From an uncultured Nitrospiraceae bacterium (GTDB lineage: Bacteria; Nitrospirota; Thermodesulfovibrionia; Thermodesulfovibrionales; Dissulfurispiraceae), in contig CAVSHF010000003.1 of the NCBI GenBank assembly GCA_963727805.1, forward strand, positions 2,208,001 to 2,272,000: a stretch of 64,000 nucleotides of DNA, read 5' to 3'. The position numbers and the translations under genes were made by a program. The notes below the pieces were generated by a model that worked only from the letters and a program-made list of their open reading frames with translations, did not search any database and was not told where the DNA came from. This document shows positions 51,494-60,897 of this stretch, one piece after another. Position 1 is the first letter of the stretch. Each line of letters begins with the position of its first letter.

Positions 51494-51524
51494 TTAAGCT
51501 CTCCGTAAGATTATTTCAAGAAGT

Positions 51525-51558
51525 AAAGCCTCTAACCTATTACAAGTTAGAGGCTTTT
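51525..51558. terminator. Terminator-like hairpin inside the right TIR end
   Basis: AAAGCCTCTAAC-N9-GTTAGAGGCTTT. Confidence 0.6.
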
Positions 51559-51612
51559 GGAATTTTTACTACCTGCCATCAACACCTTTGTGAACAGGCT
51601 AGCATCTGGAAG

Positions 51613-52582
51613 TCGGGCTGTTTTTTGTTATGAGGCTGGGCCGTGCGGATACGGAGTATATCGGCAAATAACGGACATGGGGCATCGATGCGATGTTATA
51701 GCCCCTTCATTAATACCGAAGAAAGCCGGAGATCGAGTGAAGACAGATCGGCGCGATGCTGTGACACTGGTGCGTTTACTTAGAGCAAATGAACTGACAG
51801 CGGTGTGGGTTCCTGATCAGCAACAAGAGGCGATTAGAGACCTCACACGAATTCGTGAAGATATGAAGAGCATGGAACGGCGTGCCCGGCAACGATTGAA
51901 CGGCTTTTTGTTGCGAAATAAGAGAATCTACTCCGGCGAAAATAAATGGACACAAGCACATTTCCGCTGGCTTGAAAAGATCAGCTTTGAAAGTCCTATC
52001 CAGCAGATCGTCTTTCAAGAGTATATAGATGCAGTTAAACACCTTCAGGGACGCGTGGTATCGCTGGAAGAACAGATGATCAAAGCGCTTGCGGGATGGT
52101 CGTTGGGAGCTGTGGTGGAAGCATTGATGGCATTACGGGGAGTTAAGCTTGTAACGGCGATGCCGATTGTATCAGAGATTGGAGATATAAGCCGTTTTGA
52201 AAGTCCTCGACAATTAATGGCTTATCTTGGATTAGTACCGAGCGAGGATTCAAGCGGTAATCGTCAAAAAAGAGGAGGCATTACCAAAACAGGCAATGGA
52301 CATGTTCGCAGGTTACTTGTAGAGGCTTCTTGGAGCTATCGTTTTGCTGCTAGGAAAACAGCTCATCTTCAACGGAGGGCCGAAAAGGCAAGTGAGGCGG
52401 TACAGGCAATTGCGTGGAAAGTGCAAAAACGTTTGTGCGGCCGATACTGGCATCTGACACAAAAGGGAAAACTAAAGGTGCAGGCATGCACTGCAGTGGC
52501 AAGGGAGTTGGCAGGGTTTATTTGGGCTATTGGTCGCGAGGTTATGGGAAAGAACAATAGTGCTGCGGTGAAAGTTGCATAA
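51613..52582 (+). pseudogene. IS110 transposase C-terminal part (disrupted)
   Basis: CYEAGPCG, KTDRRDA, GLVPSEDSSG, TKTGN, AVAREL. Confidence 0.92.
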
Positions 52583-52689
52583 CATGCAAACATGCACAGT
52601 AGAAGAAAGTTGTTGCCCCTAGTGGCTTCGTAATCATAAATGTGTTCTTCTAAACTTAGACAACTGTGGACATTGATTCGACGGGTGTG

Positions 52690-52870
52690 CATTTTGGCCA
52701 GGATAGCAGCCGGTTGGGAGAACCCTCGGGAAATCTAAGAGGCGCCTTCTTAAAGGCTGACCCTCGACTCTAGACACAGGCAGCTCCACGACGAAGACAA
52801 GTCATGCGGTATCCAACCCGCGCATATCAGAGTGATCTACCGTCGTTTATCGCTGCTGTCCTGACCCAAA
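52690..52870 (+). ncRNA. Putative seek/bridge RNA of the IS1111-group element
   Basis: Contains GGAAATCT (complement of the right flank), TCTAGA (left flank + core) and CATATCAGA (donor end); limits approximate. Confidence 0.65.
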
Positions 52871-53076
52871 TGTATGATCCAAAAAGGAGGTTATAACAAA
52901 AAAACAAAGACGCTGATCATCAGCACTTGACAGGTTTAATACATATCAGATTTCCGGTAGTAATGCCCCATCGGACAGGATTGATCACGAAAATGAACTG
53001 GTACCAAGTAAAAAAAATGGTATACTGTAAAATTCATGGTAGAGAACCTAATAATATCAATGAGGAGGAATGATTC

Positions 53077-53409
53077 ATGGCGTTAATACGCAAGAAACGT
53101 ATCTGGTGGGCACAAGCTGAGGGAGCTGCAGAATATGTGGTTTACTGCAGTAAGGATGCTGCCGATTTAGAATCTCATAATTTCAAGTGGGAGTCGACAC
53201 CCGGCTTAGTGAACAAAGTTGTCCGCGGGAAGACTGAACTGATACTACCGGATGAGTGGAAAGAGTTCCCTTCTGACCCTGGCGAGTATCACCTTGCCAT
53301 TACAGCTCGAGACGAGGCAGGTAACGAAAGTGACCCTTTTTTGTGCCAGGGGTTCTTCAAGTTTACTGCACCACTTGCACCCACAAGGGCAGGGATAGAG
53401 AGTCATTGA
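53077..53409 (+). CDS. Small fibronectin-III-like protein
   Basis: RBS GAGGAGG; W..AEGA..YVVY and YHLAITARDEAGNES motifs. Confidence 0.65.
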   Translation: MALIRKKRIWWAQAEGAAEYVVYCSKDAADLESHNFKWESTPGLVNKVVRGKTELILPDEWKEFPSDPGEYHLAITARDEAGNESDPFLCQGFFKFTAPLAPTRAGIESH

Positions 53410-53423
53410 CTGACTGGGTCTTG

Positions 53424-54101
53424 ATGACGGATTCAATCCGCCTCACAAGAGAGTCGCTCGGCCGGATTCTTAAGCTAATTCCTGTGTCTCGGGATAGATT
53501 TAACAATGCGTCTTTTAGAGAAGTATTCCTAGATGACCTCTCTCAGCAAGTCGTCTTGATTGATCGCCTGACGGAAAGTCTTGAGAAATATATCGCTAGC
53601 AAAGAGTGGGACGAGGGTACAGGTAAGATTAACCTTTTTGTCAAGGAAATCCTTAAGAATCACCAGATGGAATTTGCTGGCAAGAATATCCAAGTTCATC
53701 TATCTCTCCAGAAAGACATCCCTAATGTCACTCTTCCGGATGAACATTTGAAGCATGTTATAAAAGTCGTCCTTCAATACGCAATATCCTCTCCATCCAG
53801 AGACGACCATTTAAAAATCACAATGAAACATGTTGAAGTACAAGAAGGAACCGTAGATGTCGAAGATAGGAACCGAACAGACTGCATCGAACTCGATGTA
53901 GATTTTAGTGGATATCCCTGGCAAATCGACTCATCTGAAGATGATTTCGGCATGACGCTCTCCAATAAAGAGAAGGTGTTGAAGCTTGAACTCAGCTTTG
54001 CTAAGAATATAGTCGAAATACATGGGGGGCAACTCAGGTTGCTACATCGTAGCAGTGACTCTACAACAACAATAAATTTAACGCTTCCAATTCGAAAATG
54101 A
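53424..54101 (+). CDS. Degenerate histidine-kinase-like ATPase domain protein
   Basis: LSFAKNIVEIHGGQL and TINLTLP retained; N-box and G-boxes degenerate; start uncertain. Confidence 0.6.
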   Translation: MTDSIRLTRESLGRILKLIPVSRDRFNNASFREVFLDDLSQQVVLIDRLTESLEKYIASKEWDEGTGKINLFVKEILKNHQMEFAGKNIQVHLSLQKDIPNVTLPDEHLKHVIKVVLQYAISSPSRDDHLKITMKHVEVQEGTVDVEDRNRTDCIELDVDFSGYPWQIDSSEDDFGMTLSNKEKVLKLELSFAKNIVEIHGGQLRLLHRSSDSTTTINLTLPIRK

Positions 54102-55484
54102 AGACCACATCCCGCATACCGGGTAGATATGTGAATGCTATGTTATTATGTTTGAGATCTTCAGGCCTTTCTGGACACTTCTTTCATAAACGCTGGTGTA
54201 CACTGTGTTCTCCGCACAGATCGATAAAAATCTTAATGAGCATTTTGTTAATCTGCAGGCGATGACGGTTTCTTTCTAAATTCATGCATGAGCATTCGGA
54301 CTCTCACAGACTACTTGACACGGAAGAACATCTCGACTAAAACGTCTGCCTGAAAATAACAGCTACTTCGGAAATCGACAACTTTGGTGAAAGCCTGCAG
54401 CGTCAGTTCTCAAGTAGACTTTGAATAGCTCAGCTGGTGGATACGACGAGGGAGGTGTAACGAAGCCGCGAGAGGATTGTTAAATTACTTCCTATAAAAT
54501 CAGCCACTTAGCTCTTATCTATATATTACTATTCATAAAATTTCACTTTGAATAATACCAACACATTGCAAGCCTTTTATTCGAAAGTAAAAAGGGCGTA
54601 GTGAGGAGTTTAGAAAGCCGAAATCAAGCACGATATTTTTCGAGCGCTTTTCCCTTATTTGCCTTCCCATATTTTTTCAAAAGTGAGTTAGTCTATTCTG
54701 CGCTAGCAAAGCACAAGCGTTATGTCTTTGTTTTATATGCTTTTTACTTGCATTATCATGTGTATTTATTTTATAGTAAAAATATGATTTATACTTTTGG
54801 TTATATGATTTGGAGTGTCACAACTTCAAGTGTGCATGAAGGAGAATAGGAGAGATCAGTTGGTTGACGTGCAGTCACACCCCTACTCCCTTCCACCAGA
54901 GAAGTTCGATTTTAACCTGAACAGGCTTCATACTTATTTTGTGGAGTGCCACATTTGGGAAGGTGCAATTTTGGGTGGCAAGAAAGGACCAGTTTACGAG
55001 AACGGGATCGAATGACTGATAAATGAATGCTACTCCAAAAGCGTTCTCCTTTTTTTGCGTAGAGGCTGACCCTTGTTCATGTCACAGATTCTACGACATT
55101 GCTAGACGCCTCTTGTTCAAGGGTGTGGAGTGTATTCATGTTATGCAGTCGGGAGAAGAATTTACGACATCAGAATTAATCGACAGGTGCCCTTAGGCGG
55201 TCGCGTATTGGCCCAATCCAAATGGATGAATAGCAGATATATACTCTTCAGAAAAAAGAAGGCATGGCGCAGAGCTAGATCAAATTGCATAACGATCTTT
55301 ATAAAATTGAATCTCTTGTTCGAGTGGCTCATAGTTTCGTAGACGAGAACACTTGAGGAGATCCCCGTTTTGTGGATATCGGCACAATAACAGAGTTTAC
55401 CCTGGGAAGAATAAACTTACTCAAAGCCGATATTTTCAGTTTGTCTGAGGGATAAAAGAGGATACAAAGTAGAGAGTATAGACG

Positions 55485-55694
55485 ATGAAACATATCTGTA
55501 ATGAATGCAGGTCAGAGTTTGCCAAACGCCCGGCAATGGAATGCCCTGCGTGCGGACATGACGAACTAAGCGCAGTCGATGATAAGGCCTCTAAGTGCTT
55601 CTCAAGAACTCAGAATGGGGCCATCGATAAGGCCGTCGCGAGACTGAAGAAAGAGCCCCTGAAGATCCGATATGGAGGCATCGAGGACCTCTGA
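55485..55694 (+). CDS. Small zinc-ribbon protein
   Basis: CNEC...CPACG. Confidence 0.6.
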   Translation: MKHICNECRSEFAKRPAMECPACGHDELSAVDDKASKCFSRTQNGAIDKAVARLKKEPLKIRYGGIEDL

Positions 55695-56396
55695 TAATCT
55701 CCCTATTTATCTTCTTCGGAAGTTTTGGTGCATTATGGTAGGATTTTCAAGGAACCGTAAAAATTCTCTGATTAATGGACATAAAAATATGCTATACATG
55801 GCGTCATAAATCAATAACAATTCAGCAACACACGCTGCGTCTTCTTCCGACAGCCTTGCAGGACTTGAACATCCAAAGAAACAACCAGTTATGACGCCTT
55901 GCTTAGAAGAGGAAGCACATCTCAGTGCATGTTTCAAACGACCGCCTGAAAACCTCAAAGAAGATTGCATAATTTGCCCTGTAATAAACAGCATCTTTTT
56001 GCGAAGTGCACCTACAATTTCACAAGCAGCTCGAGGAGAAAACAACGATTTCCAGTAATACTAACCGTATTTCTTGAACAGGTGGGTTGGCCATAGAAGA
56101 AGTCCTCGCTGAGCTTGGCTTTCGGAAATATACTTCTTTTTGATAATTCGCAGCAAGCTTTTGATTGATAATACTCAACTTCACCCTCAAAGAAACGAAC
56201 AGGTTCAGATGGGAACGTGAATAGTCGCTAAAAAGACACAACGGCAGAACTGCAGCGTTGAGCAAGGAGACGTCGATAATTAGCTTGGTGATTTGTAGAC
56301 AACAGACGATAAAGAATCAACTTTAATCGCCTCCGGGCATATAAACACCAGAATGAGTCCCCTCATCAAACTTATGAATTATATAGGTTAGACAAG

Positions 56397-57347
56397 CTAT
56401 CTTTGTGATTTTTCTATGCTCACCAGTTCGACTGGATAGCCGTGCCCGCGCCAGGCGTGAAAACCTCCGGCCAGCGGCCGAACACGCGTAATTCCGCGCT
56501 GCCGCAATCGTATCGCCACCCGGGCGCTAGACGCTTCGTTGGGTCACGTGCAATACACAACCACCTCGCGATCTTTCGGAACTTCCTGATAACTCTCTAA
56601 CTGTTCTGAAGGAATGCGCAGAGCGCCAGGGATTATATAGGGATCAGCGTCAAAATCAAGAGAGTGACGAACATCAACAATCATAATATCTTCGCCGGCG
56701 TCTAATTTCTGTTTTAATTCTTCTGGTGTGACGCGTGCTACGAAAAGCTGCCGTAAAAAACGACGCCGCATGGAATATTTACGAAGAATATAAATTGACA
56801 GCCCTCCGGCAACGAGAAGGAAGAGCGTGTTACCCATACTTGCGGCGTAAGCCAATACGCGATCAAGCTGTTCGCTGAATAGATAACCGAACGCCGCAAA
56901 AGAGCCGACCCACAAGATCACTCCCATACTGTCGAAAAATAAAAAAAGTGGCAGTCGCATGCGGATGATGCCAGCCAATGGCGTCGACACAGCGCTTAGC
57001 CCTGGTAAAAATTTAGTTATCAAGAGGGATCGGGAACCATACCGCAAAAAGAGTTTTTCCGTTCGATGGACACAGGAGTCAGGTTCGAGAGAAATACGGC
57101 AGAGTAATGATAACAACCGATCGCCACTCCGTCTGCCAATATAGTACCAGAATATGTCGCCCAACAGCGCAGCGCAGACTCCTAGACCGATGCATGGAAA
57201 TAACTTCATCTGCCCGACACCAGCCAGGGCTCCTACAGTAATTAACAAAGGAGCGCTGGGGATAGGAAGTCCCATAGTTTCCGCAAGAACCCAGATAAAC
57301 AGCACAGTATAGCCATGCTGTATCAAGAATGGTATTATATCATGCAC
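56397..57347 (-). CDS. DedA + rhodanese fusion, probable selenoprotein (316 aa with UGA=Sec at 56544-56546)
   Basis: DedA motifs (GLPIP, GD..WY.IGR, KFLPG); the frame continues VVVYCT-U-PNEASSARVA...LAGGF.AW to TAG at 56397. Confidence 0.85.
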
Positions 57348-57416
57348 TTATTCCATTCCTTTAGCTTTCAAGGCGTGCGTTAAGAACAGGATATTCGTTA
57401 AGCTTACGCCCATTTT

Positions 57417-57470
57417 TTAGCCACTGGAAACCACAATTTCATGATCATCAGCGATCAGTATTCGAAGCAT
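57417..57470 (-). pseudogene. N-terminal stub of a NarL-type response regulator
   Basis: RBS GGAGG; MLRILIADDHEIVV then an early stop. Confidence 0.55.
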
Positions 57471-57757
57471 TTCGCCTCCGTCAATCAAACGTTGTTAATA
57501 TAGTTTATGCAGATGTGAAGGACAAATACAGTCAGGGTTCTCTGTTTCTTCCCAGGTTGTAACACACAACATATTAACAGGAATCGAAACGCTTAATTCA
57601 GAAAGTTCATCTCGGTGCATATTTCACCTCGAAGACTAACTCCCACACCAAGAGTGGTATGTCTGCGATTGAACAGACGGCAACTCTGCAACTAGGCGGT
57701 GACAGAAATGGATCGAATGCTCAAATAAACCCGTATGGAAGTTCGCAATATTATTGT

Positions 57758-59455
57758 TTAAAGCCGTCCTGAGCGGATGATCGAAATGATCAACCAGAGG
57801 CCGAGGAAAAAGGCTACGACAAATGTGATCAGCCCCAGGAATGAAAGGCCGAAGATGGTAGGCAGGACACCGGCTGCGTGCATAATCGCTGAACTCAGGA
57901 TCATGGTGCTCACGATCATCGCAAAGGCGATCCTGTTGGTAGCACGGTCCATGTCCTTAATAAATTCCGGCAGGTTCACATGATACATCTTTATCTGAAG
58001 GTCGTCTTTCACAGCCTTCTTGATAAGCTTCTTCATCTGTTTGGGGAATATCTGAGCGAAATCTGCTATCTCCTTTACATTCTGCACGGCCTTCTCGTAT
58101 ATCCTAGCCGGGTTCATACGTTTGAGACCTAGTTTCGATGCGAAAGGTTCAGCTGCAGCGATAACATCGATCTCGGAATCCAATTGTCTGCAAAGATTTT
58201 CGAGCATCATCAGGGTTTTGTCGATAAGAAGCAATTCGGAGGGTATCCTCAGATTATGTTTTATCGCCAGACGCGTAATGGTGTCCAGGAATTGGGTGAA
58301 CTGTATTTCCTGAAGTTTAAGTCCGTAAAGAGGTTCGAGTAAGTCGGCCAAGTCGGACTTGAATTCCCGTTTAAATGAGTCCGTATCTATATCTTCGGGA
58401 ACGATGCCAAGGTCGATATAGTGATCGACCAGACTCTCGAAATCTTTGCTGATCAATGACATGAAAGTCCCGGCGATAATTTCCTTAACTTCATCCGAGA
58501 CCCTTCCAACGATCCCGAAATCGAGAAAAGCGATTTCTCCGCCAGGTTTGATCAGGATATTACCCGGATGCGGATCGGCATGGAAAAAGCCGTCTTCGAG
58601 TATCTGCTTGAAATAGACGTTAAGTCCGTGTCGGGCAAGCCTCTTCTTGTCCACTCCCATCGCATCTATCGCGGCGATGTTGTCTATCCTAACCCCTTCG
58701 ATCATTTCGAGAACAAGCACCCTCTCCTTGCTCAAATCCTCATAGACCTTTGGGATATGAACTCCGGGATAACCCTCGAAATTTTTCCTTAAACGCGCGC
58801 AGTTCCTCGCCTCTTCTACGAAATTAAGCTCCTTCTTCACCGTTCTGGTGAACTCCTCGACTATCCCAGATGGATTGAAGAACCTGCTCTCCGGTACATT
58901 CTTCTCCAGGAGCCTCGCGACAAAAGACATTATCGTTATGTCGGATTCTATATCTTCGCGGATATGCGGCCTCTGGACCTTGACGACAACATCGTCACCG
59001 TTGCGTAGCCTGGCGCGATGGACCTGAGCGATAGAAGCAGCTGCGATGGGCGTATCATCGAAACCGAGGAAGAAAGATTCGAGCGACATTCGGAGATCCT
59101 CCTCGATGATATTCCTGACTTCTTGCACAGAGAATGGAGGAACCTCATCCTGGAGTTTCTTGAACTCGTTTGCGAACTGTTCGGATATAAGATCAGGCCT
59201 CGACGAAAGAAGTTGAGCGAGTTTGATAAAGGAAGGACCAAGTTCGGCGAATGCCTTCCTCAATCTTTCAGCTGCCGAAGGCCCTTTGACGGCAGGCCAT
59301 GCGCCGAAAGACCTGAGCCTCTTCTTGAAAGGGACATATACCCCGAGATGGACCTGGTCGACAATCTGGCCAAAGCCGTATTTCAGGAAGACATTGATGA
59401 TCTGCTGCAGTCTTCTGGCGGACCTATATTTTCGTGCAAGGCCAGGAATATCCAC
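57758..59455 (-). CDS. AarF/UbiB (ABC1) family kinase-like protein
   Basis: ELGPSFIKLAQ, AAASIAQVH, VVKVQRP, FFHADPHPGN, LDFG. Confidence 0.92.
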   Translation of the reverse strand: MDIPGLARKYRSARRLQQIINVFLKYGFGQIVDQVHLGVYVPFKKRLRSFGAWPAVKGPSAAERLRKAFAELGPSFIKLAQLLSSRPDLISEQFANEFKKLQDEVPPFSVQEVRNIIEEDLRMSLESFFLGFDDTPIAAASIAQVHRARLRNGDDVVVKVQRPHIREDIESDITIMSFVARLLEKNVPESRFFNPSGIVEEFTRTVKKELNFVEEARNCARLRKNFEGYPGVHIPKVYEDLSKERVLVLEMIEGVRIDNIAAIDAMGVDKKRLARHGLNVYFKQILEDGFFHADPHPGNILIKPGGEIAFLDFGIVGRVSDEVKEIIAGTFMSLISKDFESLVDHYIDLGIVPEDIDTDSFKREFKSDLADLLEPLYGLKLQEIQFTQFLDTITRLAIKHNLRIPSELLLIDKTLMMLENLCRQLDSEIDVIAAAEPFASKLGLKRMNPARIYEKAVQNVKEIADFAQIFPKQMKKLIKKAVKDDLQIKMYHVNLPEFIKDMDRATNRIAFAMIVSTMILSSAIMHAAGVLPTIFGLSFLGLITFVVAFFLGLWLIISIIRSGRL

Positions 59456-59464
59456 AGGCTGATG

Positions 59465-59788
59465 CTAGGCTTCTTTGCCGGGGGCCCGCAGCTGTTCCAT
59501 GGTACTGATTCTTTCTTGAAGCTTTTGAATCTGCTCATTGAGTAACTCAATGTCCTGTTTAGTAGGGATACTCATCTTTTCGAGAGTCCTGGGTACGATG
59601 CCGGCAACAATTTCAATTAGCTCAGAGCTAGTCTTCTCTGCCTTCTCGGACCATTCCTTGACGAGTTTTGCGCCCTGCGATTCGCTTAATTCCCCTCGTT
59701 TCACAAGGTCCTCGACAAATTCCTTCACCTTCTCTTGTACGCCAAAACCCGCCAATATCGCATTCCTCACGAGATCCAAGCCTGTCAT
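59465..59788 (-). CDS. Phasin-family protein
   Basis: AILAGFG, LVKRGELS..QG, IPTKQDI; upstream of the ubiB-like gene. Confidence 0.78.
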   Translation of the reverse strand: MTGLDLVRNAILAGFGVQEKVKEFVEDLVKRGELSESQGAKLVKEWSEKAEKTSSELIEIVAGIVPRTLEKMSIPTKQDIELLNEQIQKLQERISTMEQLRAPGKEA

Positions 59789-59863
59789 GTGTCCCTCCGT
59801 TATCCAGAGTAGCAATTGCGTATCGACAGACACCGCTACAGAAGTCTGATTTTTGACTTCCGG

Positions 59864-60040
59864 CTACTTCTTTTTTACTAAAGAATACACAGATTCCAGG
59901 GCACTGTCCAGCTTGTTGAGTTCCCTTGTCCATCCCTGGGCCATTTCTGGCTTTCCTCCGCCTCTGCCTCTTGCGAGAGCCACGCCAGTCTTCAGTATCT
60001 CGCAGTCACCGAATTGTTTTGTGAGGCCCTTGGTCCCCAT
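59864..60040 (-). pseudogene. Degenerate C-terminal (DHHA1) fragment of alanyl-tRNA synthetase
   Basis: ...EILKTGVALARGRGGGKPEMAQGWTRELNKLDSALESVYSLVKKK*. Confidence 0.7.
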
Positions 60041-60088
60041 GGACCTGGTCGTCTTTGGCTGAGGCTATTACTTCTCGTTGTATATTTT

Positions 60089-60367
60089 TCATAGACGGTT
60101 GGAATAGTCGGTATTTATATCGGTTTCTTTTGATGCCGGCTCTCCGGATTGTTTGTTGTGGTGTATAAAGACCGAAAACTCATCTGAAATAAAGGGGACG
60201 TCCACCGTGAATGTCGTTGGAAAAAATCTGTTACCTGCGATACCATGGGCTTGTGATGAAACTGGAAATATTATGACAATCATCAAGGAGAGGAAAATTA
60301 GCGGGACAAGTAACTCTTCAATTCTTCGTATAGCTGTGGGGGAATAAATCTCCCTATAAATCATCAT
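60089..60367 (-). pseudogene. Truncated secreted/outer-membrane protein N-terminus
   Basis: Signal-like segment ending SQA, then HGIAGNRFFPTTF, then an early stop. Confidence 0.45.
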
Positions 60368-60897
60368 TCCCTCCGAAATGCTATTTCTTTAATTCTAGCA
60401 TCGCATCAGAGACTGTAAAGCAGAAAACCCCGATATGCGGATCGCTGGACGCTCGCCTCTAGGCATCACGCTATTAATCGCAAATAATCAAATAGTGATA
60501 CCGATGCTTATTATAATATTCATATGGAAACCGTATTGCGTGATAACGATGGCCGTCCTCGATTAAAGGCATCAAGTTTGAGGCAGCTTTCGTTTCCCGA
60601 ATATCTCGATTAACAGGGCGTTATCCGAAAGCTCACGAGTGTTCTGCTATTTTCCATGTGACTGGGGTTTACCGACATCCTAATTAGTAACTAAAAGCTG
60701 TTTTTATCGGGTTGCAACACATAACATATGAACGGGAATCAAAACGTTTAATTCAGGAAGTTAATGAGATATTTTATTCACCAGTCCTGCATCCCAGCTT
60801 TTTCTGGGACTCCGCACATCTGATCTATCCCAACATCCTTACCGGTCGTTATTACCTTCCTCGTCATAGACTTACTATAAAGATGTTACGTTCCCCT

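Larger units (their letters stand above)
48096..51602 (+). mobile_element. Unclassified TIR transposon with passenger genes
   Basis: Perfect TIRs CTAGCCTGTTCACAAAGGTGTTGA (48096-48119 / 51579-51602); direct repeat CATCTGGAAG (48086-48095 / 51603-51612). Confidence 0.92.
47839..52950 (+). mobile_element. IS1111-group IS110 element, interrupted by a 3.5-kb transposon
   Basis: 16-bp subterminal IRs ATGTATTAAACCTGTC (47846-47861) / GACAGGTTTAATACAT (52929-52944); AGA core at both ends. Confidence 0.88.

Noticed and set aside
51525..51557. CTCTAAC...GTTAGAG as an integron attC site
   Set aside because: Only 33 bp, with no L boxes or extrahelical bases and no integrase; it fits a terminator hairpin better.
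51557..51612. ORF-track start of the IS110 transposase (MEFLLPAINT...)
   Set aside because: These codons come from the inserted transposon's TIR and TSD; the real N-terminus is at 47938.
54120..54480. Possible tyrosine-integrase remnant or tRNA-like TAGCTCAGCTGG
   Set aside because: No continuous catalytic motifs and no cloverleaf can be built.
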